From the IMG/VR virus record IMGVR_UViG_3300013132_000028, positions 53,838 to 117,837 of that record: 64,000 bases of DNA. One strand, given 5' to 3'. Under the pieces are notes generated by a model. The model was not told the DNA's origin, made no database searches, and was given only the letters and a program-made list of their open reading frames with translations. The position numbers were made by a program, and so were the translations under genes. The stretch is from a virus. Below, one piece after another: positions 19,150-28,432 of this stretch (position 1 is its first letter; every line of letters begins with the position of its first letter).

Positions 19150-19667
19150 GTTGGTATCTCCACTCTTCTCACCACGGCCCGGTACGAGACGCCCATGGCC
19201 TTGGCCACCTCACGCAGAGGAACGCCGCGACTGTACAGGTCTCTCACTATCTCGGTCAGCTCCTGGTTTGCTCTTGCGTACGGAGAGTCCGGTCTTGTTT
19301 TAGAGCGGTAGCGTCTAGCTAGGACAGACAGCTGAGCAAGTGTTTCTAATAGTTCCGGTGGAACCCCTGGTGAAATCGGTCTGCGCTTTATGGGTATAGA
19401 AGCAGTACGAACCGGGGACGGTGAGGCGGGCATCGGAACCAGGACGGCAACCTCTAGTCCCTGATCTCCCCGGGTTATCCAAGAACGAATTGTCGTACGC
19501 GCCTTGCTTGGATTAAAAGCATCTGCAATGCTAGACAATGACCAGCCCGCTCTGTACAGCACGTTGACGCGCTGGTGCAGTTCCTTGTCCTGCAGAGTAG
19601 ACAGGTATTCCTGTTCTGCAGTCGGCAGAGTCGCCTTTCTCGCTGGCGGTCTAGTTCTATTTAGCAT
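19146..19667 (-). CDS. Double helix-turn-helix DNA-binding protein
   Basis: GWSLSSIADAF...TTIRSW and GVPLREVAKAMGVSYRAV; leaderless start (TACGAT 7 nt upstream). Confidence 0.7.
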   Translation of the reverse strand: MLNRTRPPARKATLPTAEQEYLSTLQDKELHQRVNVLYRAGWSLSSIADAFNPSKARTTIRSWITRGDQGLEVAVLVPMPASPSPVRTASIPIKRRPISPGVPPELLETLAQLSVLARRYRSKTRPDSPYARANQELTEIVRDLYSRGVPLREVAKAMGVSYRAVVRRVEIPT

Positions 19668-20106
19668 GTTTAGTATCGTACACCTCCTAGATACTTCTGT
19701 GCGGCTCAGAGTGTGCGGTGTATTTGTACGATTAAGCTAAAAAAGTGAAGGTTAAGTAAAAATGACTTTGCCGCGAGAGAAGGCAGTCCTTACTGTTTTT
19801 CGAGCTCCGAAACGTCTCGGCCCCCTGATGCCCTTCAAGCTTGCTCGTTCTTTTTGTTTCGGATTCGTGGAACTGCAACCGAGTAGCTGAGCCTAGTGCT
19901 TAGTGCCTAGGCTAGGGGGGCGGGGGTATGGCCGGGCTAGTGCTCTTGACTGTGGAGTTGCGTGCTAGGCTGGCTTCGTCTGGGGACAAGACTAGTGGGC
20001 AAGCTTGTTCCCTCTGTCTCTGGGGTTGTAGCTTGGGATGTGGCTACGAGCTATGAGCGCTGGGCCTTGAGCTGGTTCGAGCTGGCTCGAGCTTGGACAT
20101 GAAGAA

Positions 20107-20149
20107 AGCCTGGTCCTAGCTTTCCTCGGGAGAAAGTCTAGGCCAGGCT
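20107..20149 (-). terminator. Long hairpin, probable terminator
   Basis: AGCCTGG-CCTAG-CTTTC / GAAAG-CTAGG-CCAGGCT inverted repeat downstream of 20186. Confidence 0.55.
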
Positions 20150-20185
20150 GTCAACTGGTTTTACGACTGGCTGTGGCTGGCTGGC

Positions 20186-20779
<594 letters not shown>

Positions 20780-20788
20780 GTGTGTATC

Positions 20789-21421
20789 CTACACCTTCTT
20801 TTTGTCGACGATGCACTGCTCGCTTGCACTCGGAAACACGGCCGACCACTCAGCCGCACGCTTGCCACCGTACGTGGACCAGGCGGACCAGTTGGTTCCA
20901 GCCTTGCTCATGTAGTACGTGATGGCGGCGTTGGTCACCGGGTCGAGCAGGTCCCTCGGGTGGTCGAGGCCGAACTTCTTGACCCGCTCGATGCCGAGGT
21001 CGCCTATCATGTTTATCTGAAAAACTCCCATGGAGTTGTCGCCGCTAAGCGCGTTCTTGTTCCAGGCCAGCGGTCTGCCGTTCGACTCGGCCTTGGCGAT
21101 GGTCCAGGCTGTCTTCAGGCTCTTGCCCTGGAAACCCACGGCCTCCAGCAGCTGCCGCAGCTGTACGTCAGTCAGCGGCTCTTTTCTGTCTTTGAATTGG
21201 GCCAGGCGCTCTGCGTCTGCCTTCGGTGCCAGCTTGTGCAGCACGTCGCGGACGTAGTCGGCCGGCATCAGCAGCCGCACGGGGTCTTGCTCGGGCTGCT
21301 CTACTGTCTTGCTCTCTGCCCTGAGCACCGTGACGCTCGGGTTCCAGACGGCCAGACACAGCGCTATCTGTACCAGCAGTATCACTGCCGGCCTTGGCTT
21401 CTTGTTCAGGATGTTTCGCAA
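20789..21421 (-). CDS. Secreted SLT/lysozyme-like transglycosylase
   Basis: Signal peptide, AKAESNGRP, GVFQIN, LLDPVTNA, NWSAWSTY; start re-called to TTG after GGAGG. Confidence 0.8.
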   Translation of the reverse strand: MRNILNKKPRPAVILLVQIALCLAVWNPSVTVLRAESKTVEQPEQDPVRLLMPADYVRDVLHKLAPKADAERLAQFKDRKEPLTDVQLRQLLEAVGFQGKSLKTAWTIAKAESNGRPLAWNKNALSGDNSMGVFQINMIGDLGIERVKKFGLDHPRDLLDPVTNAAITYYMSKAGTNWSAWSTYGGKRAAEWSAVFPSASEQCIVDKKKV

Positions 21422-21615
21422 GTTTCCTCCAATGTAGGGGTGGGCAGACGGACGCAGCGTAGTGCTTGGGGTTCTGCGGCTCATGGGACGCCGATTGCGA
21501 CGTCGCCTCTGCTTATGCCGACTTGTAGTTGGCTATGCTGACTGGTCTCCGACCAAGTTCAACAGGTTTGGATGGGACAGGTACTTCATTTGTTCTCCTA
21601 GTCTTTTCCTCTGCT

Positions 21616-22029
21616 TTAGTTTAGCACGTTGTGAGCTGTAGGAAGGTAAGAAACGCCGGCGTCCTCGTCAAATTCGAGCAATCGTGCCTCCGCATCCTCT
21701 ACCTGGTGCATTACCGACCACACGTCGTGGAGGGCGTTCTGGTACTCTACCGGCAGCGTGCTGACGCACCTGCCCTTGAAGTTTGTGTAGGTGATGTCGC
21801 GAGCGGCATGTGCCACCCAGCGTGCAAATACACTTTGGTCTGTGTGCAGTCTGTACGGGTAGTCCGCATTCGGCGTGTTGAGAATGTCTACCTCGATTTC
21901 TTGCATGGCGAAGATGGCCACCTGCAGCGGCTCAAGCGCTGCTCGGTCACGAGCGCGCACGACCAGCTGGCCGGGGTTCTTCGAGTCTGACACCGCAGAC
22001 ACGAAACCTGTTTCGGTGAATATCCACAT
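21616..22029 (-). CDS. Conserved phage hypothetical protein
   Basis: MWIFT..GFVS..LVVRAR..DYPYR..Y.NFK; GAAAGGA RBS. Confidence 0.65.
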   Translation of the reverse strand: MWIFTETGFVSAVSDSKNPGQLVVRARDRAALEPLQVAIFAMQEIEVDILNTPNADYPYRLHTDQSVFARWVAHAARDITYTNFKGRCVSTLPVEYQNALHDVWSVMHQVEDAEARLLEFDEDAGVSYLPTAHNVLN

Positions 22030-22063
22030 AGTTTATACGTCCTTTCGTCTTGTTTCGTCGCGT

Positions 22064-22513
22064 TTAAGCGGCTGGGGGAAAGTACTTCACGCACTCAGGA
22101 CCGAGCAGTCGATTTCGACTTTTCTGGTCGGTGAGTTGCGCACCGCATCTGGCGCAGCACTTGTGGCGCTCGCCGAAGAGTCGGGCGTACTTGTACGGGT
22201 CGTGGACGACTAGGTTCACGAGTGCCTGCTGCTGTGCTGGCGTCAGCTTGGACCGGTTGAAGCGTCCAGGCGCACCATGCAGTCGACGCATGTACGTGGT
22301 TCCCATGTACACTCGCACCTCGAAGAAGACCAGGTCGTTCTGCGCCGGGTCGTTCAACACGTGTGCGACTGCCTCACTGGGCACCGCATACTTAGAAACA
22401 GGTATGCGAGAAAGTGCCTCTCTTGTGCCCAGCCAGGCGGCCTTTGGGACCGGTTTATCCGCCGGTCTAGGGCCAGGGCCGAACAGGGTGAGCTGCTCTG
22501 CTACTGTCGTCAT
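22064..22513 (-). CDS. DUF6011-like zinc-finger protein
   Basis: C-terminal CARCGAQLTDQKSRNRLLGPEC. Confidence 0.7.
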   Translation of the reverse strand: MTTVAEQLTLFGPGPRPADKPVPKAAWLGTREALSRIPVSKYAVPSEAVAHVLNDPAQNDLVFFEVRVYMGTTYMRRLHGAPGRFNRSKLTPAQQQALVNLVVHDPYKYARLFGERHKCCARCGAQLTDQKSRNRLLGPECVKYFPPAA

Positions 22514-22704
22514 TTTGTCCTCCGTACAGGGAGCAGGCCTTCTACTCCCAGTACTATTATACCATACCAGCGCTGGAAAGTAAAGCTCAGTCCTTGGATA
22601 ACTCGAGCTGCCTGGCCGGGTATCTCTTCTTCATGGAGCGCTGCAGGCGCTTGACCACCCAGCAGTTCAGCTTGAGCATCAGGTTGAAATAGAGGCGCCT
22701 CATG

Positions 22705-22872
22705 TCAGACTCGCTCTCTGATGGAGAGCACGGCGGCTGCGATGGCGGCCAGGCCGGAGGCCAGCACCGCACGGTCGTTGCCCAGCACGGCGGCGACGAG
22801 CGAAGCTGCGCCGAGGACCACAGCCAAGACCGCAGACCAAACTACGTCTCGGAACTTAAGCCCGTTAATCAT
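22705..22872 (-). CDS. Small two-TM membrane protein
   Basis: Hand-translated MINGLKFRDVVWSAVLAVVLG..., ATGA overlap with the HTH gene. Confidence 0.55.
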   Translation of the reverse strand: MINGLKFRDVVWSAVLAVVLGAASLVAAVLGNDRAVLASGLAAIAAAVLSIRERV

Positions 22873-23060
22873 TGCAGTGGAGATTTTCTTGTGCGGCCCT
22901 TGAGGCGCTCGGATGGGTCTCGCAGCTCCACGCCCGAGAGTTGCACTGCCTTGCGAGCTGTGCGGTAGGTGACGCTGAGTTCTTTCGCGATGGCTTCCAC
23001 CGCGAGGCCTTGCGTGTAGAGCTGTCCTGCCTTGGTTGATAGGTCGACTGCTGTTGCCAT
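22869..23060 (-). CDS. Small HTH protein
   Basis: LYTQGLAVEAIAKELSVTYRTARKAV...GVELR. Confidence 0.7.
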   Translation of the reverse strand: MATAVDLSTKAGQLYTQGLAVEAIAKELSVTYRTARKAVQLSGVELRDPSERLKGRTRKSPLQ

Positions 23061-23299
23061 GAGTTGTCAGTTCCTGTTCTGTGTAGTTTGTCTTTTACGC
23101 CCTCGGAGGGCCGGTTGGTGTATAGGATGCACTGTTTTCGTCGGAAAGTAAAGCCTGACTCCCGGTGTTTCTTACTGATTTCGCGACTTCCTGGCCCAGC
23201 CTGCCATGTCGAGGTACAGGCTGAGACGCAGGAAGGCTGCTGCGGGGAGACGAAGCAACTAAGTCGACCCGCAGCTTACCGGCTCACTGACCGGTAAAT

Positions 23300-23695
23300 C
23301 TATGAGTTCGCGAAGAGTTTTCGTGTCCGTCTGCCCATGGGCGCACGGTCGCGTTCCTCTTTTGGCACTCTGTCCGCAATCGTGACGAGGGCCTGGTTGA
23401 AGGACTCTACGTCCTGCAGACTCTCCCACTCCTCGGCGCGCACGTCGAGCATGAACTCTACCGGCGTCGGGTCTTGGTTTGGCTCTAGGTTCTCCCACTT
23501 TTTTGCGAGTACGTTGATGCGGTGATGGACTATGTCCCTATTAGTAAGCCCCTCGTGATTGAGCAGCACGAGTTTGGCTACGTGAAAACCGTCTGGGTCC
23601 AGGCGCATTGCGCCTAGGTCTACCGCAGAAGGGTATCTGTTGAAGCCCAGCTCCTCTGCCTGCTTGCACAGACGCTGAAGGTCGGGCGTGTTCAT
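23300..23695 (-). CDS. Hypothetical protein
   Basis: Start re-called to MNTPDLQ, just after the upstream stop. Confidence 0.55.
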   Translation of the reverse strand: MNTPDLQRLCKQAEELGFNRYPSAVDLGAMRLDPDGFHVAKLVLLNHEGLTNRDIVHHRINVLAKKWENLEPNQDPTPVEFMLDVRAEEWESLQDVESFNQALVTIADRVPKEERDRAPMGRRTRKLFANS

Positions 23696-23712
23696 TACTC
23701 TTATGTCTTCTT

Positions 23713-23958
23713 TTATGGTTTCTCCGTTCCGACGGGGAACACTGATTCCAGTAGCTCGTCTGTTGTCATAACTTGGCATGGGGTCACGCCCTGTCTCCAG
23801 TCACAGATTAGGTGCCTGTCTCCAATCGCGTGGTTAATCCCGATGGCCACAAGCAGCATCGCCAGACCCAGCACTACCCAACCGCGTGTGGTCACGCGCC
23901 AGGTGGTCTCAGGCTTGGTCTCTGCCTCGCGTATCGGGGACTGATACACTTTCGTCAT
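23713..23958 (-). CDS. Small membrane protein
   Basis: TTRGWVVLGLAMLLVAIGI TM; GGAG RBS; own promoter. Confidence 0.6.
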   Translation of the reverse strand: MTKVYQSPIREAETKPETTWRVTTRGWVVLGLAMLLVAIGINHAIGDRHLICDWRQGVTPCQVMTTDELLESVFPVGTEKP

Positions 23959-24008
23959 CGTTGCTCCGTCTCTTTGTCATTTGGCCGGACTGTCCGGCGC
24001 TAGGATTA

Positions 24009-24350
24009 TTATACCGCATCTCCCTGCCCAAGTACAGCAGCCTTGTCTTGTATAGCAGCCTCGTCTAGGCTGGCGACTCTTTTACGGACCCTCTCGTACA
24101 GCTCCGCGGGTATGAAGCCACTGGCCATACCGGTGAGCCAGAAGTTCTTCATGTACGCTACCAGCTCTCGTATCTCCGCACTGTCCTTGAGCGTGCACTC
24201 GTTCTCGCACGCGTCTAGGCCGTGGAATGCTCGGTGGATTAGCCTACCCAGCTCGGTGTCTGCTCTTTGCTCTCTTATCAAGTCCAGGATGTGGACAGCC
24301 CAGCGGTCGACCATCTCGTCGTCGGTCACGACCATCTCGTCGTCGGTCAT
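24009..24350 (-). CDS. Hypothetical protein
   Basis: Coupled to DUF2958 gene; 21-bp tandem duplication at its start. Confidence 0.55.
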   Translation of the reverse strand: MTDDEMVVTDDEMVDRWAVHILDLIREQRADTELGRLIHRAFHGLDACENECTLKDSAEIRELVAYMKNFWLTGMASGFIPAELYERVRKRVASLDEAAIQDKAAVLGQGDAV

Positions 24351-24655
24351 TTGTCCAGCAGCTCGCGCAGGGTCTTTGGTTCCCAGTTGCGGTCTCGCTC
24401 GATGCTAGGCACCTCGACCGCGCCGAAGCTGGTGGTCAGGCTCTCCAGCTCCTTGAGGGAGAAGTATCCCAGCTCTCGCTCCAGTCCATCGACCAGTCCG
24501 AAGAACAGGTCCTCTCCGTCGAACTCGGACGCGTACCAAGTCCAGCTTGAGTACGGCGTGAAAAACTTGACCAGCGCCTTGGCGTCTAGGCCCTTGTCCT
24601 CTTGTGAGTACAGCTTGGGCAGCTTGGCCCGCAGCTCCTTGGTGAGCAGCATCAT
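24347..24655 (-). CDS. DUF2958 family protein
   Basis: VKFFTP.S.WTWY..E....LFFGLV...E.ELGYFSL.EL. Confidence 0.8.
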   Translation of the reverse strand: MMLLTKELRAKLPKLYSQEDKGLDAKALVKFFTPYSSWTWYASEFDGEDLFFGLVDGLERELGYFSLKELESLTTSFGAVEVPSIERDRNWEPKTLRELLDK

Positions 24656-24676
24656 GTGTCGTTCCTCCTTGTTAGG

Positions 24677-24763
24677 TACAGTCCACCAGGTGTCGGAGTT
24701 GTTTGCCGGGGCTCCTAGGATTTCGACCCCTCAGTTTGGCCACCGAACTCCTGGTGAACTGTA
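24677..24763 (-). ncRNA. Candidate structured leader RNA (family member A)
   Basis: 14-bp closing stem with G-U on the minus strand, starts at predicted +1, nested stems. Confidence 0.5.
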
Positions 24764-24829
24764 TAGATGTATTATAGCGCAGGAGGGTGACAATGTACAC
24801 CCTAGCCGGCAGGTGTTTCTAAAAAGGTT

Positions 24830-24925
24830 GGTGTGCGCTAGTCCGATGCTTCGTATAGGCAGCCCGAAGCTGCCCCATCGCTCACTGCAGGGACGAGACT
24901 AGTTCGACAACACGTCACGCACACC
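24830..24925 (-). ncRNA. Candidate multi-stem ncRNA
   Basis: Nested GGTGTGCG/CGCACACC, CTAGTC/GACTAG, CGATG/CATCG, GGCAGC/GCTGCC with a CUUCGG loop. Confidence 0.5.
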
Positions 24926-24966
24926 TTGTCTCGTTTGCGCAGGTTTCTAAGGCTTACCCGGGAATA

Positions 24967-25257
24967 CTAGCCTTCGGCAGTCAAGCTGCTTGCCCCTGCG
25001 GGCTCCTGAGATGTCTTCCCGGAGTTCTTTTTGGTTTTGTTCTCGTACTCGTCTCTGGTCGGGTGCTTCTTGTGCAGCTGCACGAAGCTCTCGTCCGCAC
25101 AGCCGAGCTTGCAGCTGCAGACGTAGAGACGCTCGTAGTAGCGGATGGACGGCTTGCACTTGTCGTGCTCGCCCATCATGCACCAGCCACAGAGGGTACC
25201 GGCACTCCGCACGATGTAGTCGATTGGAGTGTTGTACGGGTCTTCTATCTTTGCCAC
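24967..25257 (-). CDS. Cys-rich hypothetical protein
   Basis: CGWC...H..C...CSC motif. Confidence 0.6.
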   Translation of the reverse strand: MAKIEDPYNTPIDYIVRSAGTLCGWCMMGEHDKCKPSIRYYERLYVCSCKLGCADESFVQLHKKHPTRDEYENKTKKNSGKTSQEPAGASSLTAEG

Positions 25258-25421
25258 GCTGGCGCTTTGGCCATTTCTTCTACGTCTTTCTTAATCATCG
25301 CGTATGCGTTTCCGCACCGGTAGCAGTACGTCTCGGTGGGAATGCCGCCGAGAATAAAGGCGTCTACTCCCGAGAAGACCAGTTCGGTGTTGTGGCAGTT
25401 AAAGGTTTTGCACTGCTTCAC
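25245..25421 (-). CDS. Small zinc-finger protein
   Basis: CKTFNC...YCYRC; GTG start after GAGG. Confidence 0.55.
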   Translation of the reverse strand: MKQCKTFNCHNTELVFSGVDAFILGGIPTETYCYRCGNAYAMIKKDVEEMAKAPAWQR

Positions 25422-25582
25422 GATAAGACCTCGCTCTTGCGTTGCAGTTCGGCGTATGCACGCTCTAGTTGAATGTGCTCTCTCATCAGCGTTCCGTACG
25501 CGCGGATGCTGATTATGATTACAGTGCACGCTCCAAGGAGCGCAATAATGATTGCAAGAATGTCAGTTGTCAACAGCGTCAT
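25418..25582 (-). CDS. Small membrane protein
   Basis: Hand-translated MTLLTTDILAIIIALLG; AGGAG RBS. Confidence 0.55.
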   Translation of the reverse strand: MTLLTTDILAIIIALLGACTVIIISIRAYGTLMREHIQLERAYAELQRKSEVLS

Positions 25583-25588
25583 CTTTTG

Positions 25589-25879
25589 TTATCTCCTTTT
25601 TGCTTTGCGAAGAAAGTAAACGAATCCACCGAGTGGACTTGCCAGGACGTACGCTACCACGAAACCGGTGAAGCCGTCTAGTATGAAACCGACGACCAAG
25701 ATTGCGATTGCAAACAGTTTCGCGAACCGTGCCCAGGTCAACATGGACCAGAACATTCCGAAAAGCATGGTGAACTCTTCGCGGTCTTCTTCGACGGTGT
25801 GGAAGGACTTGCGCTTTGAGCGCATGGCCTTCTTGCCGACGGTTAGAATCGCCGAGTCGTGCATTGCTCCGTATAGCAT
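25589..25879 (-). CDS. Membrane protein
   Basis: Two hydrophobic segments; GAGGA RBS. Confidence 0.55.
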   Translation of the reverse strand: MLYGAMHDSAILTVGKKAMRSKRKSFHTVEEDREEFTMLFGMFWSMLTWARFAKLFAIAILVVGFILDGFTGFVVAYVLASPLGGFVYFLRKAKRR

Positions 25880-25957
25880 TTTGTCCTCGTTCCTCGAACC
25901 GCTTTGGTTCGATAGATGTATTATACCGTAATGGACCGACAAAGTACACCCTGAAAG

Positions 25958-25993
25958 GAAGAAACCCCCGGGAGATGAAACCGGGGGTTCTTC
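25958..25993 (-). terminator. Intrinsic terminator
   Basis: CCCCCGG/CCGGGGG stem followed by a U-rich tract on the minus strand. Confidence 0.65.
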
Positions 25994-26005
25994 GGGGAGA
26001 CCTGC

Positions 26006-26335
26006 TTACTTGGCTTGGAGGACCGTGTAAGGTGTCTCGGTTAGGCAGGCAGTGTATGCCTCTGGGAATGATACTTGCAGGGTCTCGCGGTCAATGCCGC
26101 TGCGATTGCGCTTGAGAATGCGTACTCGTTCTACGCCGTTGATGGTTCCAGTCTCCGCGTCGCCTAGGAGCTCTCTGATTTGACCCTCGACCTCTAGCTT
26201 TTGAGCTTCTAGAGCCTTCAGGGCGGCTTTGGTGCTGTTGAAGCTAACGATTAGCTTCTCTGCTTCTTTACCGAGCTCGACCGAGTCGGTAGTTGTGGAG
26301 ACCACTACTTTGGTCTCTATCTTGGTGCTGGCCAT
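26006..26335 (-). CDS. Coiled-coil protein resembling the YqaJ C-terminal/Gp157-type region; paralog of 36329
   Basis: VEL...LE..K.E....I...LGDAE....NGV.RV.....S.IDR..L...PE.Y. Confidence 0.6.
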   Translation of the reverse strand: MASTKIETKVVVSTTTDSVELGKEAEKLIVSFNSTKAALKALEAQKLEVEGQIRELLGDAETGTINGVERVRILKRNRSGIDRETLQVSFPEAYTACLTETPYTVLQAK

Positions 26336-26426
26336 TCGACCACTTCCCTTCGTCTTTCGTCTTTGTCCAACCGGTTGGTTGAATAGATGTATTATACTAT
26401 AGTGGAGCGACAAAGTAAAGCATCTG

Positions 26427-26499
26427 AGCCGCCTTCGGGAGTCGAACCCGAGGCCTTCGCTTTACGAGAGCGACGCTCTACCGACTGAGCTAAGGCGGC
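26427..26499 (-). tRNA. tRNA-Thr(CGT)
   Basis: Cloverleaf GCCGCCT/AGGCGGC, anticodon loop CT-CGT-AA, TTCGACT loop; no encoded CCA. Confidence 0.95.
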
Positions 26500-26503
26500 A
26501 GGC

Positions 26504-26779
26504 TCAGTCCATTTCGCGGTCATCCGCGCCGGTCTCGCCGGGGAACAGGAGCTCCCGCAACCGCTCTTCGTACCTCGAAGCGGTCCAGTCTCCTGACAGG
26601 TCTTCGTTGTTGGACAGGTCCTCCAGCGAGAACACCGCACAGTAGCCGGGCTCTTCGAAAAGAACCGCGAGCTTGGTGTCGCTCTCGGCGGGGTCGTCGA
26701 AAATTGCGACAGTGTAAGGCATTCCGCCTCGGCCATTCCTGTGCGAAGCAGAGGCCACAATCTCGATTTTCGAGGTCAT
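26504..26779 (-). CDS. Hypothetical protein (HRNG motif)
   Basis: 91-aa ORF in operon. Confidence 0.55.
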   Translation of the reverse strand: MTSKIEIVASASHRNGRGGMPYTVAIFDDPAESDTKLAVLFEEPGYCAVFSLEDLSNNEDLSGDWTASRYEERLRELLFPGETGADDREMD

Positions 26780-26800
26780 GGCCCTACTCTACCGCACGAT

Positions 26801-27007
26801 TTAGCCTACCTGGGTAAGCTCTCCGCAGCCGGTACACCAGTACCAGTCTCCGAGTACTGAGTCCTCGTCGAACTCGTGCTGCCACTCGAACTTGTCGTGG
26901 TCGCAGTTTTCTGGGTTTTTCGACCCGTCTCCCCGCACGACTTCAGAGTCGTCCACACGAACTAACCCGTCTGGTTCCATTCTAAATCTGACTATTCCGT
27001 CTACCAC
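26801..27007 (-). CDS. Small zinc-ribbon protein
   Basis: CDH...WYWCTGCGELTQVG. Confidence 0.55.
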   Translation of the reverse strand: MVDGIVRFRMEPDGLVRVDDSEVVRGDGSKNPENCDHDKFEWQHEFDEDSVLGDWYWCTGCGELTQVG

Positions 27008-27237
27008 AGGTCTTCCGCCTCCATTCGGTAGATGTGTCCTGGACCATTTCCCTCTGGGTCTTGACTCGGTACCATCACGGTACCGTCATCTAGGGTGAAC
27101 ACCACCGGCACACTTCCGCCGCCTTGGTACCAACCCATGTTTTCTACTTCTTCTTCGGTCATCTCCCGCACAGACTTTATGGTACGACCAACCAGTGGTC
27201 CCCACTCGTCTTGCACGTAGTCTTTACGTACTGCCAT
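27001..27237 (-). CDS. Hypothetical protein (DPEGNGPG motif)
   Basis: AAGGA RBS; own promoter. Confidence 0.65.
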   Translation of the reverse strand: MAVRKDYVQDEWGPLVGRTIKSVREMTEEEVENMGWYQGGGSVPVVFTLDDGTVMVPSQDPEGNGPGHIYRMEAEDLW

Positions 27238-27519
27238 ACGAGTCCTTCCGTCGTTTCGCGAATAGGTTTCGCGTTAGACCTATTATACCGCAAGGTGGGG
27301 TCAAAGTGTACGCCCTAGGAGAGTCCGCGCTACTCACGGGTAATGTTACCGGTGGGTAGCGAGCTTTTCTAAGTCGGGGATTTACCCAGGGGTACCGCAA
27401 AAAACTTTTCTGAGAATCTGCTCCCCTAGGGTGTACAAACGTCAGTGCTAAATGGTATAATACAGTTATTGAATCAAACAGACGGGTTTGGTTCTCTTAA
27501 CGAGATGGAGATGGATTAG

Positions 27520-27807
27520 ATGAATACTAATCTGAAGGAGCTTCAGTCCTTCTCACTTGAGACCGCATTCAAGGCGGGCGAAGAGTGGACAAGCGCTGAG
27601 ACTGATGTTCTTGCCAAAGCAAGAGCAGAAGGCATAAACTACTTTGCAATAGCAAAGATGTTAAACCGCACTGTTTACTCAGTGACGACTCAAGCAAGAG
27701 TGGTGGGAATTGCAAAACCACACTCAAATGCTCGCAAGAGCAAGAAAGTCCCAGTGCCTGCTTGTGTAAACTGCAACTTAGTGCACTCTTACAAGGAGTG
27801 CGACTAA
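27520..27807 (+). CDS. Myb/HTH-like protein with C-terminal CxxC
   Basis: WTSAETDVL...IAKMLNRTVYSV; promoter at 27432-27461. Confidence 0.65.
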   Translation: MNTNLKELQSFSLETAFKAGEEWTSAETDVLAKARAEGINYFAIAKMLNRTVYSVTTQARVVGIAKPHSNARKSKKVPVPACVNCNLVHSYKECD

Positions 27808-27910
27808 ACTAAATGCCAGAAGGGCATTGACTAAATGTCAGTGCCCTAAGGTATAATAGAACTACAACTGAATACAGAAACCAACCAACGACAAAGAGAT
27901 GGAGAAACAA

Positions 27911-28156
27911 ATGAGCGCTAAATGGTGCTTGATGAACACCAGCGATGGAAGTCGCGGTGAGAGCGGCAAGAAGAAGGTCTACGAGGTAATCCTCGAAGGC
28001 AAAAAGGTTCGCATGATTTGGGGCATGGCAGAGAAAGATTCTCGCCAGTCAAAGACCATGGAGTTTGCTACTGAACTCGCTGCTAAGTGGTTTGCTCAAG
28101 ACAAGGTTCGTGAAAAGATTCAAGAACGCGGATACGAGTTGGTCTACTCAGTCTAA
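27911..28156 (+). CDS. WGR-domain-like protein
   Basis: KVYEV.....V...WG.......K...F....A......K..EK...GY. Confidence 0.7.
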   Translation: MSAKWCLMNTSDGSRGESGKKKVYEVILEGKKVRMIWGMAEKDSRQSKTMEFATELAAKWFAQDKVREKIQERGYELVYSV

Positions 28157-28168
28157 AACAAAAAACAC

Positions 28169-28201
28169 AAACCCTCTGCTGGAAGGCGGAGGGTTTTTTT
28201 T
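28169..28201 (+). terminator. Intrinsic terminator
   Basis: AACCCTCTGC/GCGGAGGGTT stem followed by a T run. Confidence 0.8.
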
Positions 28202-28227
28202 ACGCTCGCGCGCTTTTGGCGGCAAAA

Positions 28228-28279
28228 GCATTTCGCGATTATCCGCGCAAACTCTTTGGCATTTCGCGATTATCCGCGC
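28228..28279. repeat. 21-bp direct repeat pair GCATTTCGCGATTATCCGCGC
   Basis: Exact copies at 28228-28248 and 28259-28279. Confidence 0.9.
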
Positions 28280-28432
28280 GGACTACATGTTTATTTACAG
28301 AATGAGCAGTAGTTATTAACCCGTATGTCTGAAACAGGGATGCTAAATAGTCTAGCGCAATGGAAGCATCTGACCGTTGCTAATCTATTTCTAGACCTAA
28401 CAAGAGTTTTTAATTTGGTTAAATTCACAGCG

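Noticed and set aside
21422-21600. c-di-AMP (ydaO) riboswitch before the SLT gene
   Set aside because: Consensus elements such as GCUGAAUCC and CCGUCAGCUAAC not found.
24308-24349. 21-bp tandem duplication at a gene start
   Set aside because: Simple in-frame slippage (TDDEMV twice); no sign of function.
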